Shown piece by piece: positions 8,332 through 17,635 of a stretch of DNA of 48,860 nucleotides. This stretch comes from a virus (lineage: Duplodnaviria > Caudoviricetes). The stretch lies in the IMG/VR virus record IMGVR_UViG_3300048854_000267, positions 1-48,860 of that record. One strand, given 5' to 3'. The first letter of the stretch is position 1, and each line of letters opens with the position of its first letter. The notes beneath the pieces were generated by a model, which worked only from the letters and a program-made list of their open reading frames with translations, was not told the DNA's origin and searched no databases. Made by a program: the position numbers and the translations under genes.

Positions 8332-9341
8332 AAAAGGTTATCGAACTTCTTGGCACCAAAAGCCAACGTGGTGACATTGGTATCGAGATTGAATGTGAAG
8401 GCAAGGGGATGATTGCGCTGGACGAAGCTGTTTGGCGCAGTGAGAACGATGGGAGCTTGCGAGGGGATTACCCCGACACTCGATGTGAGTACATCTTGGC
8501 TAAACCGCTAAAGATTGACGCAGTTCCTGTTGCTCTCAATGAACTCTCCAACCGTCTGAAAGAGGTTGGGGCAGTCTTGGAATTCAGCCATCGTTGCAGC
8601 GTACACATTCATGTGAATGTGCAGCAGCTTGAGTATCAACAGCTTCTCGCATTCATGTATGCCTACTACCTGCTTGAAGAACCGTTCATGACCTTCTGTG
8701 GGAAGGCACGTAAGGGCAATAACTTCTGCCTTCGCTTGCAGGATGCTGAAGGTGTGCTGGATGTGGTTAATGCAATGTTTAGCCAAGGTGAAGATGGTAT
8801 TCATCTTATCCGCCCTGATGCACAACGCTATGCCGCTATGAACTTCGAAGCGCTGCGTAAGTATGGCAGCGTGGAGTTTCGAGGAATGGAAGGCAACATG
8901 GATATTAAGCGAATCACTACTTGGTGTAATGCCTTGATTCGTATGCGTCAGTTTGCAGTGAAGATGGACACTCCCACTGCTGTGTACGACCTGTTCATGC
9001 AAAAGGGTCCGGTTGATTTCGTGGCAGAAGTGTTGGGGGATATCGCTGACAGCTTCCATTACCTTCGTCTGGTGAAGGATGTTCAGAAGTCCTTCTCACT
9101 CAGCCTTGATCTTCCCTTTAAGTTTGCTGAATTGATTAGCAAACCGAAAGAGGTAGAAGGGGAATACAAGCTCGGCCAGTTGGTGACCTACGCTGTAGCT
9201 GTGAAGCTCGCTAAGAAGAACTATCAATTCGACTATGCGCCAGATGGCATGTACAAGATTGTTGGCCTTCCTGAGAAGCCCAAGGCGCAGAAGCAAGCCT
9301 TTGCAGCAATGCAATTCGAAAACGTAGAACAGGAGTGGTAA
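8328..9341 (+). CDS. putative amidoligase (Amidoligase_2-like)
   Basis: GIEIE, DGSL, CSVHIHVN, RY.AMN, GSVEFR motifs. Confidence 0.9.
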   Translation: MKKVIELLGTKSQRGDIGIEIECEGKGMIALDEAVWRSENDGSLRGDYPDTRCEYILAKPLKIDAVPVALNELSNRLKEVGAVLEFSHRCSVHIHVNVQQLEYQQLLAFMYAYYLLEEPFMTFCGKARKGNNFCLRLQDAEGVLDVVNAMFSQGEDGIHLIRPDAQRYAAMNFEALRKYGSVEFRGMEGNMDIKRITTWCNALIRMRQFAVKMDTPTAVYDLFMQKGPVDFVAEVLGDIADSFHYLRLVKDVQKSFSLSLDLPFKFAELISKPKEVEGEYKLGQLVTYAVAVKLAKKNYQFDYAPDGMYKIVGLPEKPKAQKQAFAAMQFENVEQEW

Positions 9342-10090
9342 TGAAAATCTATCCGTACATGAATGGTAGCAAGTCCGCTAAGGCTCTGGCTGAAGGCTTG
9401 GGTATTCGGGTATTGAAACGTGAAGGCAAGCCCGTACGGGGCCATCTGGTGATTAACTGGGGATGTTCTGCGATTGACCGAGAGGTTGGTGAGAACATCC
9501 TCAATAAGCCTGTGGCTATCCAACGTGCAGCTAACAAACTTCGTACGTTTGAGACGTTCATGAAAGAGAACGTTCCTACGGTTGAGTGGACTACTGATTT
9601 AGAGATTGCACTTGGTTGGTTGAAAGAAGGAAGTGATGTTGTGACTCGTCACAAACTTTCTGGGCACAGCGGAGAGGGCATCGAAATCACCACAGCAGAG
9701 CAGTTTGCTAAGAATGAAGCGGGCCTTGTTCGTGCCCCTCTCTACACAAAGTACACGAAGAAGAAGGATGAGTACCGGATTCATGTATTCCAAGGTGAAA
9801 CGATTTTCCAACAGCGTAAGGCACGTAAGAAGGATGTTCCTGATGACCAAGTTAATTGGCAAGTACGTAATCTTACTGGCGGCTTCATCTTTGCGAATGA
9901 TGCTGTCGTTGCTCCTGATGTTGTGTTGGATGCCGCAAAGAAAGCTGTTGTGGCTTTGGGACTTGATTTTGGTGCCGTGGACGTGGGCTACAAAGATGGA
10001 GCAGCGGTTTGCTATGAAGTGAACACGGCATGTGGCCTTCAAGGAAAAAATCTTGAGAGCTATGTAAAAGCCTTCCAACAATTCCTGTAA
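9341..10090 (+). CDS. ATP-grasp amide ligase no. 2
   Basis: INWG, ANKL.TF, GHSGEGI, EYRIHVF, LGLDFGAVDV, YEVNTACG; TAATG coupling, AGGAG RBS. Confidence 0.9.
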   Translation: MKIYPYMNGSKSAKALAEGLGIRVLKREGKPVRGHLVINWGCSAIDREVGENILNKPVAIQRAANKLRTFETFMKENVPTVEWTTDLEIALGWLKEGSDVVTRHKLSGHSGEGIEITTAEQFAKNEAGLVRAPLYTKYTKKKDEYRIHVFQGETIFQQRKARKKDVPDDQVNWQVRNLTGGFIFANDAVVAPDVVLDAAKKAVVALGLDFGAVDVGYKDGAAVCYEVNTACGLQGKNLESYVKAFQQFL

Positions 10091-10093
10091 ATA
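10063..10093 (+). promoter_or_regulatory. putative phage-sigma promoter TGTAAA-N18-GTAAATA
   Basis: Matches a bipartite motif found at six other sites; upstream of the replication genes. Confidence 0.65.
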
Positions 10094-10103
10094 GGATTCT
10101 CAG

Positions 10104-10310
10104 ATGAACATTCGTATAGCTCTGCAAGTGGCTGGTGTTCTGGAAGATGAAGGGGTTGTTTCCACTGTAGCTCTTGCCCTTCGGACACTCGCTAAGGAGT
10201 ACCAAGTTGTGAAGGCTGAACTTGATGCTTTGGAATATGAACGTACGAGACACATTCCGGCACTTTTAAAGGAGGGCTTTGTTGAGCGGCGTATGCATCG
10301 AAAAGATTAA
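10104..10310 (+). CDS. hypothetical protein (68 aa)
   Basis: AGGA RBS; fills the gap before the primase. Confidence 0.65.
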   Translation: MNIRIALQVAGVLEDEGVVSTVALALRTLAKEYQVVKAELDALEYERTRHIPALLKEGFVERRMHRKD

Positions 10311-11943
10311 GCATGATGATCCTAAGTGCGGGGCACATGCGCTTCAGGTGTTCATGGCAGATGATGGTACATATAATGGTTTTTGTTTTAGTTGCGGAGC
10401 GTATGTCTCCGATCCCTACCGGGACAAACCGAAGGACTACAAGCCTGTAGCAATCCGAAAGACGCAAGAACAGATTGATAAAGAGCTTGCTGAGATTCAC
10501 GACTACCTCACCGTAGCCCTTCCTGAACGCAAGCTTAGGAAAGAATCTCTCGAATACTTCGGCATCAAGATTGGCGTCAGTGAGGCTGATGGAGCTACAC
10601 CAGTCTCCCACTATTACCCGTACTACTTGGACGGCGTGTTGGTGGGTTACAAGGCTCGTGTGATTGAAAACAAACAGATGTGGAGCATTGGAGATTGCAA
10701 AGATGTTGACTTGTTCGGTTGGAACGAAGCAGTTGCAGCAGGAGGCAAGACGCTCTACATCACTGAGGGCGAATGTGATGCAGTTGCCTTGTATCAAATC
10801 TTCAAGGATAAAGCCCGAGGTGGGCAATATGCCGATCTCAATCCCGCTGTTGTGTCCGTCCCGCATGGAGCAGCAGCAGCCGCTAAAGACCTTACTAAAC
10901 TAAAGGCGAAGATTGATCGAGTCTTTAAGGAAGTGGTGTTCGTATTTGATACGGACAAGGCTGGGGAAGAAGCTGTTGAGAAGTGCATGGTTGTCTTTCC
11001 TAATGCTAAGAGCGCTGTTCTTCCCGGTAAGGATGTAAATGACTGTCTCATCAAAGGCAAGGGCATTGCGGCCTTCAATGCTATCCGGTTTAACGCGACC
11101 AAGCCGAAGAACACACGCCTTGTCTTCGGGCAATCCCTTCATGAGACGGCAAAAGAACCTGCTGTGTATGGAGTTAGTTGGCCGTGGAAACACATCACTG
11201 AAGCCACTCGCGGTATCCGTTTGGGCGAGACGATTTATATTGGTGCCGGTCAGAAGCAAGGGAAATCCGAGGTGGTCAATTCGTTGGCGTCTCACTTCAT
11301 CAAAGAACACGGGTGGAAAGTTTTCCTATGCAAACCTGAAGAATCAAACAACAAGACTTACAAACTTGTTGCGGGAAAAATGGTTGGAAAGATTTTCCAC
11401 GACCCGAACGTTGCATTCGATGAAGAGGCGTTTGACAAAGCAGGGGGGATGATTGGCGACAATCTGTTCATGTTGAACTTGTATCAGCACGTAGGCTTTG
11501 AAACGCTGAAGGACGATATCAAAGCGGCTGTTGCTGAAGGTTGCAAGGTTGTTGTGATTGACCCGATTACTAACCTGACCAATGGTATGTCTGCGGCAGA
11601 TGCCAATGTCAAGCTGCAAGAGATTGCACAAGATTTAGCAGCAATGGCTTTGGATTTAAATATCGTCATATTCTTGTTTTGCCATCTACGCAATCCCGAT
11701 AGTGGTCCTCCTCATGAACGTGGTGGGGAAGTATTAAGCTCTCAGTTTGCGGGTTCTCGTGCGATGGCTAGAAGCTGTAATTTGATGTTGGGTCTGGAGG
11801 GAAATCGAAGTCCTGACCTCCCGAAAGAAGAACGAAACCTTCGAACGCTTGTTCTCCTTGAAGATCGGGCTTTCGGCAATGTAGGCAGGTTTGGTTTGTA
11901 TTGGGATGACCGTACTGGACTATTTAATGAAATCAACAGCTAG
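10279..11943 (+). CDS. primase-helicase (T7 gp4-like)
   Basis: N-terminal Zn ligands (C...CFSC), TOPRIM ITEGECDA / FDTD, Walker A GAGQKQGKS, SF4 motifs VIDP, FAGS; TTG start with GGAGG RBS. Confidence 0.95.
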   Translation: MLSGVCIEKIKHDDPKCGAHALQVFMADDGTYNGFCFSCGAYVSDPYRDKPKDYKPVAIRKTQEQIDKELAEIHDYLTVALPERKLRKESLEYFGIKIGVSEADGATPVSHYYPYYLDGVLVGYKARVIENKQMWSIGDCKDVDLFGWNEAVAAGGKTLYITEGECDAVALYQIFKDKARGGQYADLNPAVVSVPHGAAAAAKDLTKLKAKIDRVFKEVVFVFDTDKAGEEAVEKCMVVFPNAKSAVLPGKDVNDCLIKGKGIAAFNAIRFNATKPKNTRLVFGQSLHETAKEPAVYGVSWPWKHITEATRGIRLGETIYIGAGQKQGKSEVVNSLASHFIKEHGWKVFLCKPEESNNKTYKLVAGKMVGKIFHDPNVAFDEEAFDKAGGMIGDNLFMLNLYQHVGFETLKDDIKAAVAEGCKVVVIDPITNLTNGMSAADANVKLQEIAQDLAAMALDLNIVIFLFCHLRNPDSGPPHERGGEVLSSQFAGSRAMARSCNLMLGLEGNRSPDLPKEERNLRTLVLLEDRAFGNVGRFGLYWDDRTGLFNEINS

Positions 11944-11974
11944 TGTAATAATTCCTGTTGTTCTCTAGTAAATA
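11944..11974 (+). promoter_or_regulatory. putative phage-sigma promoter TGTAAT-N18-GTAAATA
   Basis: Occupies the intergenic gap before the HNH gene; matches the shared motif. Confidence 0.7.
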
Positions 11975-11998
11975 GATTGTGAACTACTAGAGGATGAT

Positions 11999-12511
11999 AT
12001 GGAACTAACACAAGAGGAAGTGCAAAAACTGTTTGATTACAACTTCATCACGGGAATTTTTAGTTGGAAGGTTTCTGTGAAAGGCACTAAAGGGAACGGA
12101 AAAAAGGCAGGGACGATAACCCATGCTGGTTACGATGATGTGTGCATCCGAGGAAAGAAGTACGGACTGCATAGAATTGCATTCTTGTACATGGAAGGGG
12201 CCGTTCCTGCCAATGTAGATCACGTCAATAACATTAAGAGTTGCAATGCTTGGCACAATCTACGGGAGGCATCCATTTCTCAGAACAGTTTCAATTGTGC
12301 AGGGAGAGGCACTAAATCAGGATACAAGAATGTGATTTACGATCCGAGAGGACGAAAGAAATGGACAGCATCTATCATCGTTAAAAAGAAACGAATCAGT
12401 CTAGGCTACTTCATGACGCCAGAAGAAGCTAATGAAGCTGCCATTGAAGCACGTAATAAACATCACGGAGAATTTGCACGACATGTCGCACACCTACCGA
12501 GTCAACCCTGA
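11999..12511 (+). CDS. HNH homing endonuclease with C-terminal AP2-like domain
   Basis: HRIAF, VDHVN...N.WHNLR, SGYKNV...W.ASI...LGYF.T.EEA. Confidence 0.9.
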   Translation: MELTQEEVQKLFDYNFITGIFSWKVSVKGTKGNGKKAGTITHAGYDDVCIRGKKYGLHRIAFLYMEGAVPANVDHVNNIKSCNAWHNLREASISQNSFNCAGRGTKSGYKNVIYDPRGRKKWTASIIVKKKRISLGYFMTPEEANEAAIEARNKHHGEFARHVAHLPSQP

Positions 12512-12650
12512 GACACATGAAGAAGAAGTTGAGCGTCGTCACCTTCGCCGAAAGATTGAGAAGCAGTTGAAAGAGAAAAGTTTCAAAGATTCATTCCTCT
12601 ATCAACCGGATGAAGAATACGAAATGGGGAGCAATGACGAAAGTAATTGA
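12483..12650 (+). CDS. small hypothetical protein (55 aa, MSHTYRVNPE...)
   Basis: GGAG upstream; fills the gap between HNH and sigma. Confidence 0.55.
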   Translation: MSHTYRVNPETHEEEVERRHLRRKIEKQLKEKSFKDSFLYQPDEEYEMGSNDESN

Positions 12651-13116
12651 AGAATTCTATGCAAAGAATTTTAACAATCTTGTCAAGAAGCTCACCTTCA
12701 GGGCAGGAACAACATGGGATGCTGAAGATGCCATTCATGATGCGTTTGAGCGAGCTATCAAGTATTTTGCTTCCTTCGATCCAAACAAATCTGCCTTTCC
12801 TCTGTGGTTTAATCGCATCCTTGTCAACTCACTGAAGGAACACTTCTCACGGAATCAAGGACGAGGTGATGTTGAGTTTGAAGAAGACATGGTTGATGGT
12901 GTCCCTTGTGGGCATTATGCGGACAAGGTTGTTGATGAAATCAGGGAGCGAATCAAGACACGTAAGCCACACATTGCCGAAATCCTGCATCTATTCTTTG
13001 AGAAAGGATATGGAGCAAAGGATATTTCACGCATGGTTGAAAGCTCCCATATTGCAGTTAATCAAACCATCTTCCGATTTCGGGAAGAGCTGAGGAAGGA
13101 TTACCGTAGCGAATGA
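12634..13116 (+). CDS. phage ECF-like RNA polymerase sigma factor
   Basis: Region 2 pattern DAEDAIHDAF..A.....FD.....F..W..RI..N; region 4 HTH G...KDIS......AV...IFRFR; start could be 12610. Confidence 0.85.
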   Translation: MTKVIEEFYAKNFNNLVKKLTFRAGTTWDAEDAIHDAFERAIKYFASFDPNKSAFPLWFNRILVNSLKEHFSRNQGRGDVEFEEDMVDGVPCGHYADKVVDEIRERIKTRKPHIAEILHLFFEKGYGAKDISRMVESSHIAVNQTIFRFREELRKDYRSE

Positions 13117-14990
13117 AAGTCTGTGTGTTTGATACTGAGGCGGACGGACTTCTTGACACAGTAACGAAAGTTCACTGCGGTGTTTTCACCAGCCTTGATG
13201 GTAAAGAAGTAACCAAGTTCCAACCGAATCAGATTCAAGACATGCTTCGGTATATGGACACTTGCGATGTATTGATTGCTCATAACTGCATTGGGTATGA
13301 CTTCCCGATGCTTAAGAAAGTAACGGGATATGTGTTCAAGGGGAAAGTAGTAGACACCTTGCTCATGTCCAGAGCCTTGAATCCTAAACGTTTCCTTCCT
13401 CCACATGCGAAAGATCGTAGAGCGGGCCCGCACAGCATTTATGCTTGGGGCGTTAGAGTTGGGATTGATAAGCCCGACCACGAAGATTGGGAGAACTATT
13501 CTCCAGAAATGCTTCACCGATGTACCGAAGACGTAGAGATTAATCGCCTCACCTACCATGCCTTGATGCAGGAGGCTGCTGACAGTGGGGGTAAGTGGCG
13601 TGACGCTTTCTTGTTAACTTTCAAGCTGTTCCAGAATTTGCAAGAGCAAGAGGAGTATGGCTGGTACGTGGACAAGCAGAAAATGCTTGACAACATTGTT
13701 GAACTTGAGCAGCTTATGCAAGAGATTGACGATGAAGTGATTCCACAACTACCGAACATTCTTGAGATTCTGGAGGTAAAGAAAGATGGACAAGTCAACT
13801 GGGTACGGAAGCCCTTCCTCAAAAGCTGCAAGCCTTCTGAATCGACTAGCAAACATTTTGGATTGGACGGGAGTGCTTGCGTTGGTGGTCCCTATAGTCG
13901 TATTGGTTTTCGCCCTGTTGATGTAAATAGCCGTAACGAGACAGTTGATTTTCTTCTCTCTGTAGGATGGGAGCCCGTCGAGTGGAACTACAATGACGAT
14001 GGTGAAAGAACGTCGCCTAAGCTTTCTAAGGATGATCCATTCGAAGGCGTGGAAGGTGAAGTTGGAAAGCTTGTTTCCAAACGAGTGCAGTGTCGGCATA
14101 GAAAATCTCTCGTTGAAGGCTTACTTGAGCTTGTGCGAGACGATGGACGTCTACCAAGCAGTGTTGCCGGGATGGCTGTTACCGGAAGAATGCAGCACCG
14201 ATGCATCGTAAACATCCCAGCAGCCAAAAGTTTCTTCGGAAAACAACTCCGAGAAATGTTCTCCTGTCCTCCCGGAAAGGTACTTGTATCTACTGACTCC
14301 GATCAAAACCAGCTAAGACAGCTAGGCGCTCGAATGAATGAGCCTGCCTATATCGAAGCATTGGTTAATGGGGATAAAGACAAGGGCACTGACGTTCACA
14401 CACTTGCTCAGAAAATGGCTGGCCTTGAGACAAGAGACCAAGGTAAGACATTCCAATATGGAGTGTTGTTTGGAGCAGGAGACGCCAAGACAGGCAAGAT
14501 CATTAAGGGGAATGCAGAGAAAGGGAAACAACTTAAAGCAACGTTCTTCAAGAACCTGCCCGGCCTACAAAGATTGATGGATAGGTTGATTGCTGAATGG
14601 CGTAGGACAGCCAAGAAGCGAATGAATAAGAAGTATGGCCGTGTGGAGTATTACGACGGCATCATCACTGGTCTGGACGGTCGTCCAATCAAGATCAGTT
14701 CAGAGCATCAAATCCTTGTTTATCTTCTCCAGTCAGACGAAGCAATTCAAATGTCTGCTGCGTACAACTACGCCATTGCAAAACTTAAACGAAAGTATCG
14801 TTATGGAGAACAGGTGCATGTTGTCTGTTTCTACCACGATGAATTCACGTTTGAATGCGATGAAGATATTGCAGAGGATGTAAAGAAAATCACAGAGGAC
14901 GCTATTTCTTGGGCAGGGCGTTTCTACAACATAGCTTGCCCTCACGTTGGTCAGGGCAAGATTGGTAAAAACTGGTACGAGGTACATTGA
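13113..14990 (+). CDS. polA: family A DNA polymerase with 3'-5' exonuclease
   Basis: ExoI DTE, ExoII HN..GYD, ExoIII C.EDV; TGR; motif A DSDQNQLR, motif B KTFQYG, motif C HDE. Confidence 0.96.
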   Translation: MKVCVFDTEADGLLDTVTKVHCGVFTSLDGKEVTKFQPNQIQDMLRYMDTCDVLIAHNCIGYDFPMLKKVTGYVFKGKVVDTLLMSRALNPKRFLPPHAKDRRAGPHSIYAWGVRVGIDKPDHEDWENYSPEMLHRCTEDVEINRLTYHALMQEAADSGGKWRDAFLLTFKLFQNLQEQEEYGWYVDKQKMLDNIVELEQLMQEIDDEVIPQLPNILEILEVKKDGQVNWVRKPFLKSCKPSESTSKHFGLDGSACVGGPYSRIGFRPVDVNSRNETVDFLLSVGWEPVEWNYNDDGERTSPKLSKDDPFEGVEGEVGKLVSKRVQCRHRKSLVEGLLELVRDDGRLPSSVAGMAVTGRMQHRCIVNIPAAKSFFGKQLREMFSCPPGKVLVSTDSDQNQLRQLGARMNEPAYIEALVNGDKDKGTDVHTLAQKMAGLETRDQGKTFQYGVLFGAGDAKTGKIIKGNAEKGKQLKATFFKNLPGLQRLMDRLIAEWRRTAKKRMNKKYGRVEYYDGIITGLDGRPIKISSEHQILVYLLQSDEAIQMSAAYNYAIAKLKRKYRYGEQVHVVCFYHDEFTFECDEDIAEDVKKITEDAISWAGRFYNIACPHVGQGKIGKNWYEVH

Positions 14991-15343
14991 TGGCAAAAGT
15001 ATTTGTTGGTGTTGAATTCGTTGAAGGGCTGAACAAGAAAGAATATACGTATGTGGCTGATACGGTAGTTCATCATGGAATGCCCGCAGCCGGTTGGTTT
15101 GCAGTGGTGGACACTCCCACTCGTGGCTATGCACTGGTGAAGGTTAAGCGTGTTCTGCAAGAAGCTCCTGTTGCCGGTATCGACTACAAGCACATTGTTG
15201 CATTCGTATTCGATGGTCCGTATCTGGCGCTTAAAGCACAGCAAGCTAAGGAGCATGAACGGGCTCGTGCTGTGAAGGCACGTATTGCCAAGCTTGGTGT
15301 TAATGAACTTGAAGAACTTCTTGCCATCTACGAGGATGCGTAA
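14987..15343 (+). CDS. hypothetical protein (118 aa)
   Basis: Overlaps the pol stop; GAGG RBS. Confidence 0.8.
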   Translation: MMAKVFVGVEFVEGLNKKEYTYVADTVVHHGMPAAGWFAVVDTPTRGYALVKVKRVLQEAPVAGIDYKHIVAFVFDGPYLALKAQQAKEHERARAVKARIAKLGVNELEELLAIYEDA

Positions 15344-15480
15344 TGACCAATCGTGAATTGATTGAGAAGCTACAGAAGCTTCCTAAAGATGCAGAAGTTG
15401 TGATGTCGGATGGAATTGGACACTTTCCGACTAATGCAACGTGCTATGACAACGAAGAAGAATTTATCGTAATCGAATAA
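15343..15480 (+). CDS. small hypothetical protein (45 aa, MTNRELIEKLQKLPKDAEV...)
   Basis: Read manually; GAGG RBS, TAATG coupling; common phage N-terminal pattern MT..ELIE.L...P.D.EV. Confidence 0.75.
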   Translation: MTNRELIEKLQKLPKDAEVVMSDGIGHFPTNATCYDNEEEFIVIE

Positions 15481-15495
15481 GGAAAAATAATAAAT

Positions 15496-16221
15496 ATGGG
15501 TTTGAACGCATCGAAGGTCAAAGGCGGTAACGCAAATAAAGTGGAACAACCGGTGATGGAAGCAGGCACTTATCCTGCACGTCTGGTTCAAGTGATTGAC
15601 TTTGGCCTTCAGCCGCAGCGAGCTTTCAAGGGTGAAGCGAAGCCTCCTGCACATGAAATCTCCACCACGTACGAGTTTGTCGATTGCTTCATGGTGGATG
15701 AGAAGGGTAATGACATTGAAGATAAGCCACGCTGGGTGAGTGAGACTTTCCCCCTGCGTAACATCATGGCTGACTTGGCAACCAGCACTAAGCGAGCTAA
15801 GGCACTCGATCCAGAGAATGTTCACGAAGGTAATTGGCCTGCTTTGCTTGGCAGTCCTGTGAATGTCACTGTGGTGATTAACGAGAGCAAGGGCAAGGTT
15901 TATACAAACATTGCTTCCACCGCAACGATGCGAGCTAAGGATGCTCAGAAGTGTCCTGAGCTTAAGAACGATACGAAGTTCTTTGATTTGAGTGAGCCTG
16001 ATTTGGAAGTGTTCAACAGCCTTCCTGAATGGATTCGAGAGAAGATTAAGGGGAATCTGAATTATGCTGGTTCAAAGCTTGAGGCTTTGTTGGGCGGTGA
16101 AGATAATCGTGAGGCACCGAAGAAGGAGGACAAGGGTGAAAAACCCGAACAGGAGAAGCCCGCTCGTGCCAATGCTGCACCGAAAGCCGAGGAAGATGAG
16201 GATGAAGACGCACCTTGGTAA
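15496..16221 (+). CDS. putative single-stranded DNA-binding protein
   Basis: Position in the replication module; acidic C-terminal tail ending in an aromatic residue (EEDEDEDAPW) as in T7 gp2.5. Confidence 0.7.
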   Translation: MGLNASKVKGGNANKVEQPVMEAGTYPARLVQVIDFGLQPQRAFKGEAKPPAHEISTTYEFVDCFMVDEKGNDIEDKPRWVSETFPLRNIMADLATSTKRAKALDPENVHEGNWPALLGSPVNVTVVINESKGKVYTNIASTATMRAKDAQKCPELKNDTKFFDLSEPDLEVFNSLPEWIREKIKGNLNYAGSKLEALLGGEDNREAPKKEDKGEKPEQEKPARANAAPKAEEDEDEDAPW

Positions 16222-17021
16222 GACAGTGTTTGATTGACAGCGATGTAATTTGTTACGAAATCGGCTTCGCATCGGAGACGGCATGGAAACATGCCTCTCC
16301 CAACTCAGACGATCCCCCACCTTGGGATTTCGTAGAGGAGTTATTGCTACGCCGTATCGACCACATCGAACATGAATGTGAAGCAACACTCCCCTCAATT
16401 TTTTTCTTTACAGGCAATGGCAATTTTCGCTATGAGTTGGCTAAACGAACTCCTTACAAGGAACGCGCTGGACACAAACCGTTTCACTACAAGAACATCA
16501 AAGCCTACATCAAGGGTGTATTCGAATACCGAGAAACGGACGGCCTTGAAGCAGACGATCTTATGTCGATTGAGCAAACTCTTCGACCAGACGAAACCAT
16601 TATCTGCACTAGAGACAAAGACTTGCGCAGTGTGGATGGATGGCATTTTGGATGGGAGTTGGGAAACCAGCCTTCGTTCGGACCTCTCCGAGTGGATGGT
16701 TATGGAGCTATTTTTCTTAGTGACGACCGCAAGAAAGTCACAGGGTATGGGCTGAAGTTCTTCCTAGCTCAGTGCCTCACTGGCGACAGCGTAGATAGCG
16801 TACCCGGATTGCCCAAATGCGGGCCTGTAGCAGCCTTCAACATCCTTGCCAATACCAACACCTATGCCGAAGGCATCCATGCCGTCTCAGAGGCTTACAT
16901 GGCTCGCTATGACGAAGGTTACTACGAAGCGCTTGAGGAACAGGGTAGGTTGCTGTGGATGACTCGCAAGCTTAACGAGGATGGTACGCCTGTCCTATGG
17001 GATGTGCATGCCACGTACTGA
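16215..17021 (+). CDS. 5'-3' exonuclease (T7 gp6/FEN-like)
   Basis: LIDSD, NFR, YK..R, LEADD, RDKDL, GDSVDSVPG. Confidence 0.93.
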   Translation: MVRQCLIDSDVICYEIGFASETAWKHASPNSDDPPPWDFVEELLLRRIDHIEHECEATLPSIFFFTGNGNFRYELAKRTPYKERAGHKPFHYKNIKAYIKGVFEYRETDGLEADDLMSIEQTLRPDETIICTRDKDLRSVDGWHFGWELGNQPSFGPLRVDGYGAIFLSDDRKKVTGYGLKFFLAQCLTGDSVDSVPGLPKCGPVAAFNILANTNTYAEGIHAVSEAYMARYDEGYYEALEEQGRLLWMTRKLNEDGTPVLWDVHATY

Positions 17022-17397
17022 GTTTAATGGAGGAAAGTGGACGGAAGCGAAGTTTCACTCATTCGTCAAATCAGCATTGCGGGCTGCTTCTCGCAAGTGG
17101 CCTCCGAAGTTCGAAACGATAAACGATGCATATGTAGGAACCCAAATCAATGCATCAAGTGGTCGCCTAGCAAAGCACTTCCGGTGTGCAGCTTGTGCAG
17201 GCTTATTCACCAGCACGAACATTCAGGTTGACCACATCCACGCTATCATCGATCCAAAAATCGGCTTCACCAATTGGGATGATGTTGTAAGCGCTATGTT
17301 CTGTGAAAAAGAAAATCTACAGGTTCTATGCAAGCCGTGTCACAAAATCAAGACGGCTGAAGAACGAAAACTAAAAAAGGAATCTAAGAATGGATAA
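17008..17397 (+). CDS. HNH endonuclease (Zn-binding)
   Basis: CAAC, QVDHI, NLQVLCKPCH..KT. Confidence 0.88.
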   Translation: MPRTEFNGGKWTEAKFHSFVKSALRAASRKWPPKFETINDAYVGTQINASSGRLAKHFRCAACAGLFTSTNIQVDHIHAIIDPKIGFTNWDDVVSAMFCEKENLQVLCKPCHKIKTAEERKLKKESKNG

Positions 17398-17635
17398 TTA
17401 CAAAGGCTTCTCCCTGTTCAATGACGTGGATGATGAAGCTCTCCAAACATTTAATCGTGCTCGTGTTCTAGCAAACATTGCTCAAGATCATCTGAAGGGT
17501 GGCCGTGTGAACATCAAGGGTGCAGGTTTGGTGCTTGGGTATTTCAATACGTTGCCTGAAGCTGAACGTCTCCCAGTGAAGATGAAGTTTGAACAGCTTA
17601 TGAAGCAAGATGGCTTTGCTCTGGTCCCGCGCTAA
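17390..17635 (+). CDS. hypothetical protein (81 aa)
   Basis: AAGGA RBS; overlapping gene packing. Confidence 0.8.
   Translation: MDNYKGFSLFNDVDDEALQTFNRARVLANIAQDHLKGGRVNIKGAGLVLGYFNTLPEAERLPVKMKFEQLMKQDGFALVPR

Noticed and set aside
13113-14990. Intron or intein in the DNA polymerase (as in LUZ24) or in the RNR
   Set aside because: ORFs are continuous, of normal size, with all motifs and no intein signatures
15468-15496. Additional RTAAATA-like hits (15490, 6664, 21635, 26634)
   Set aside because: Upstream box missing or mis-spaced, or the site overlaps a start codon or coding sequence
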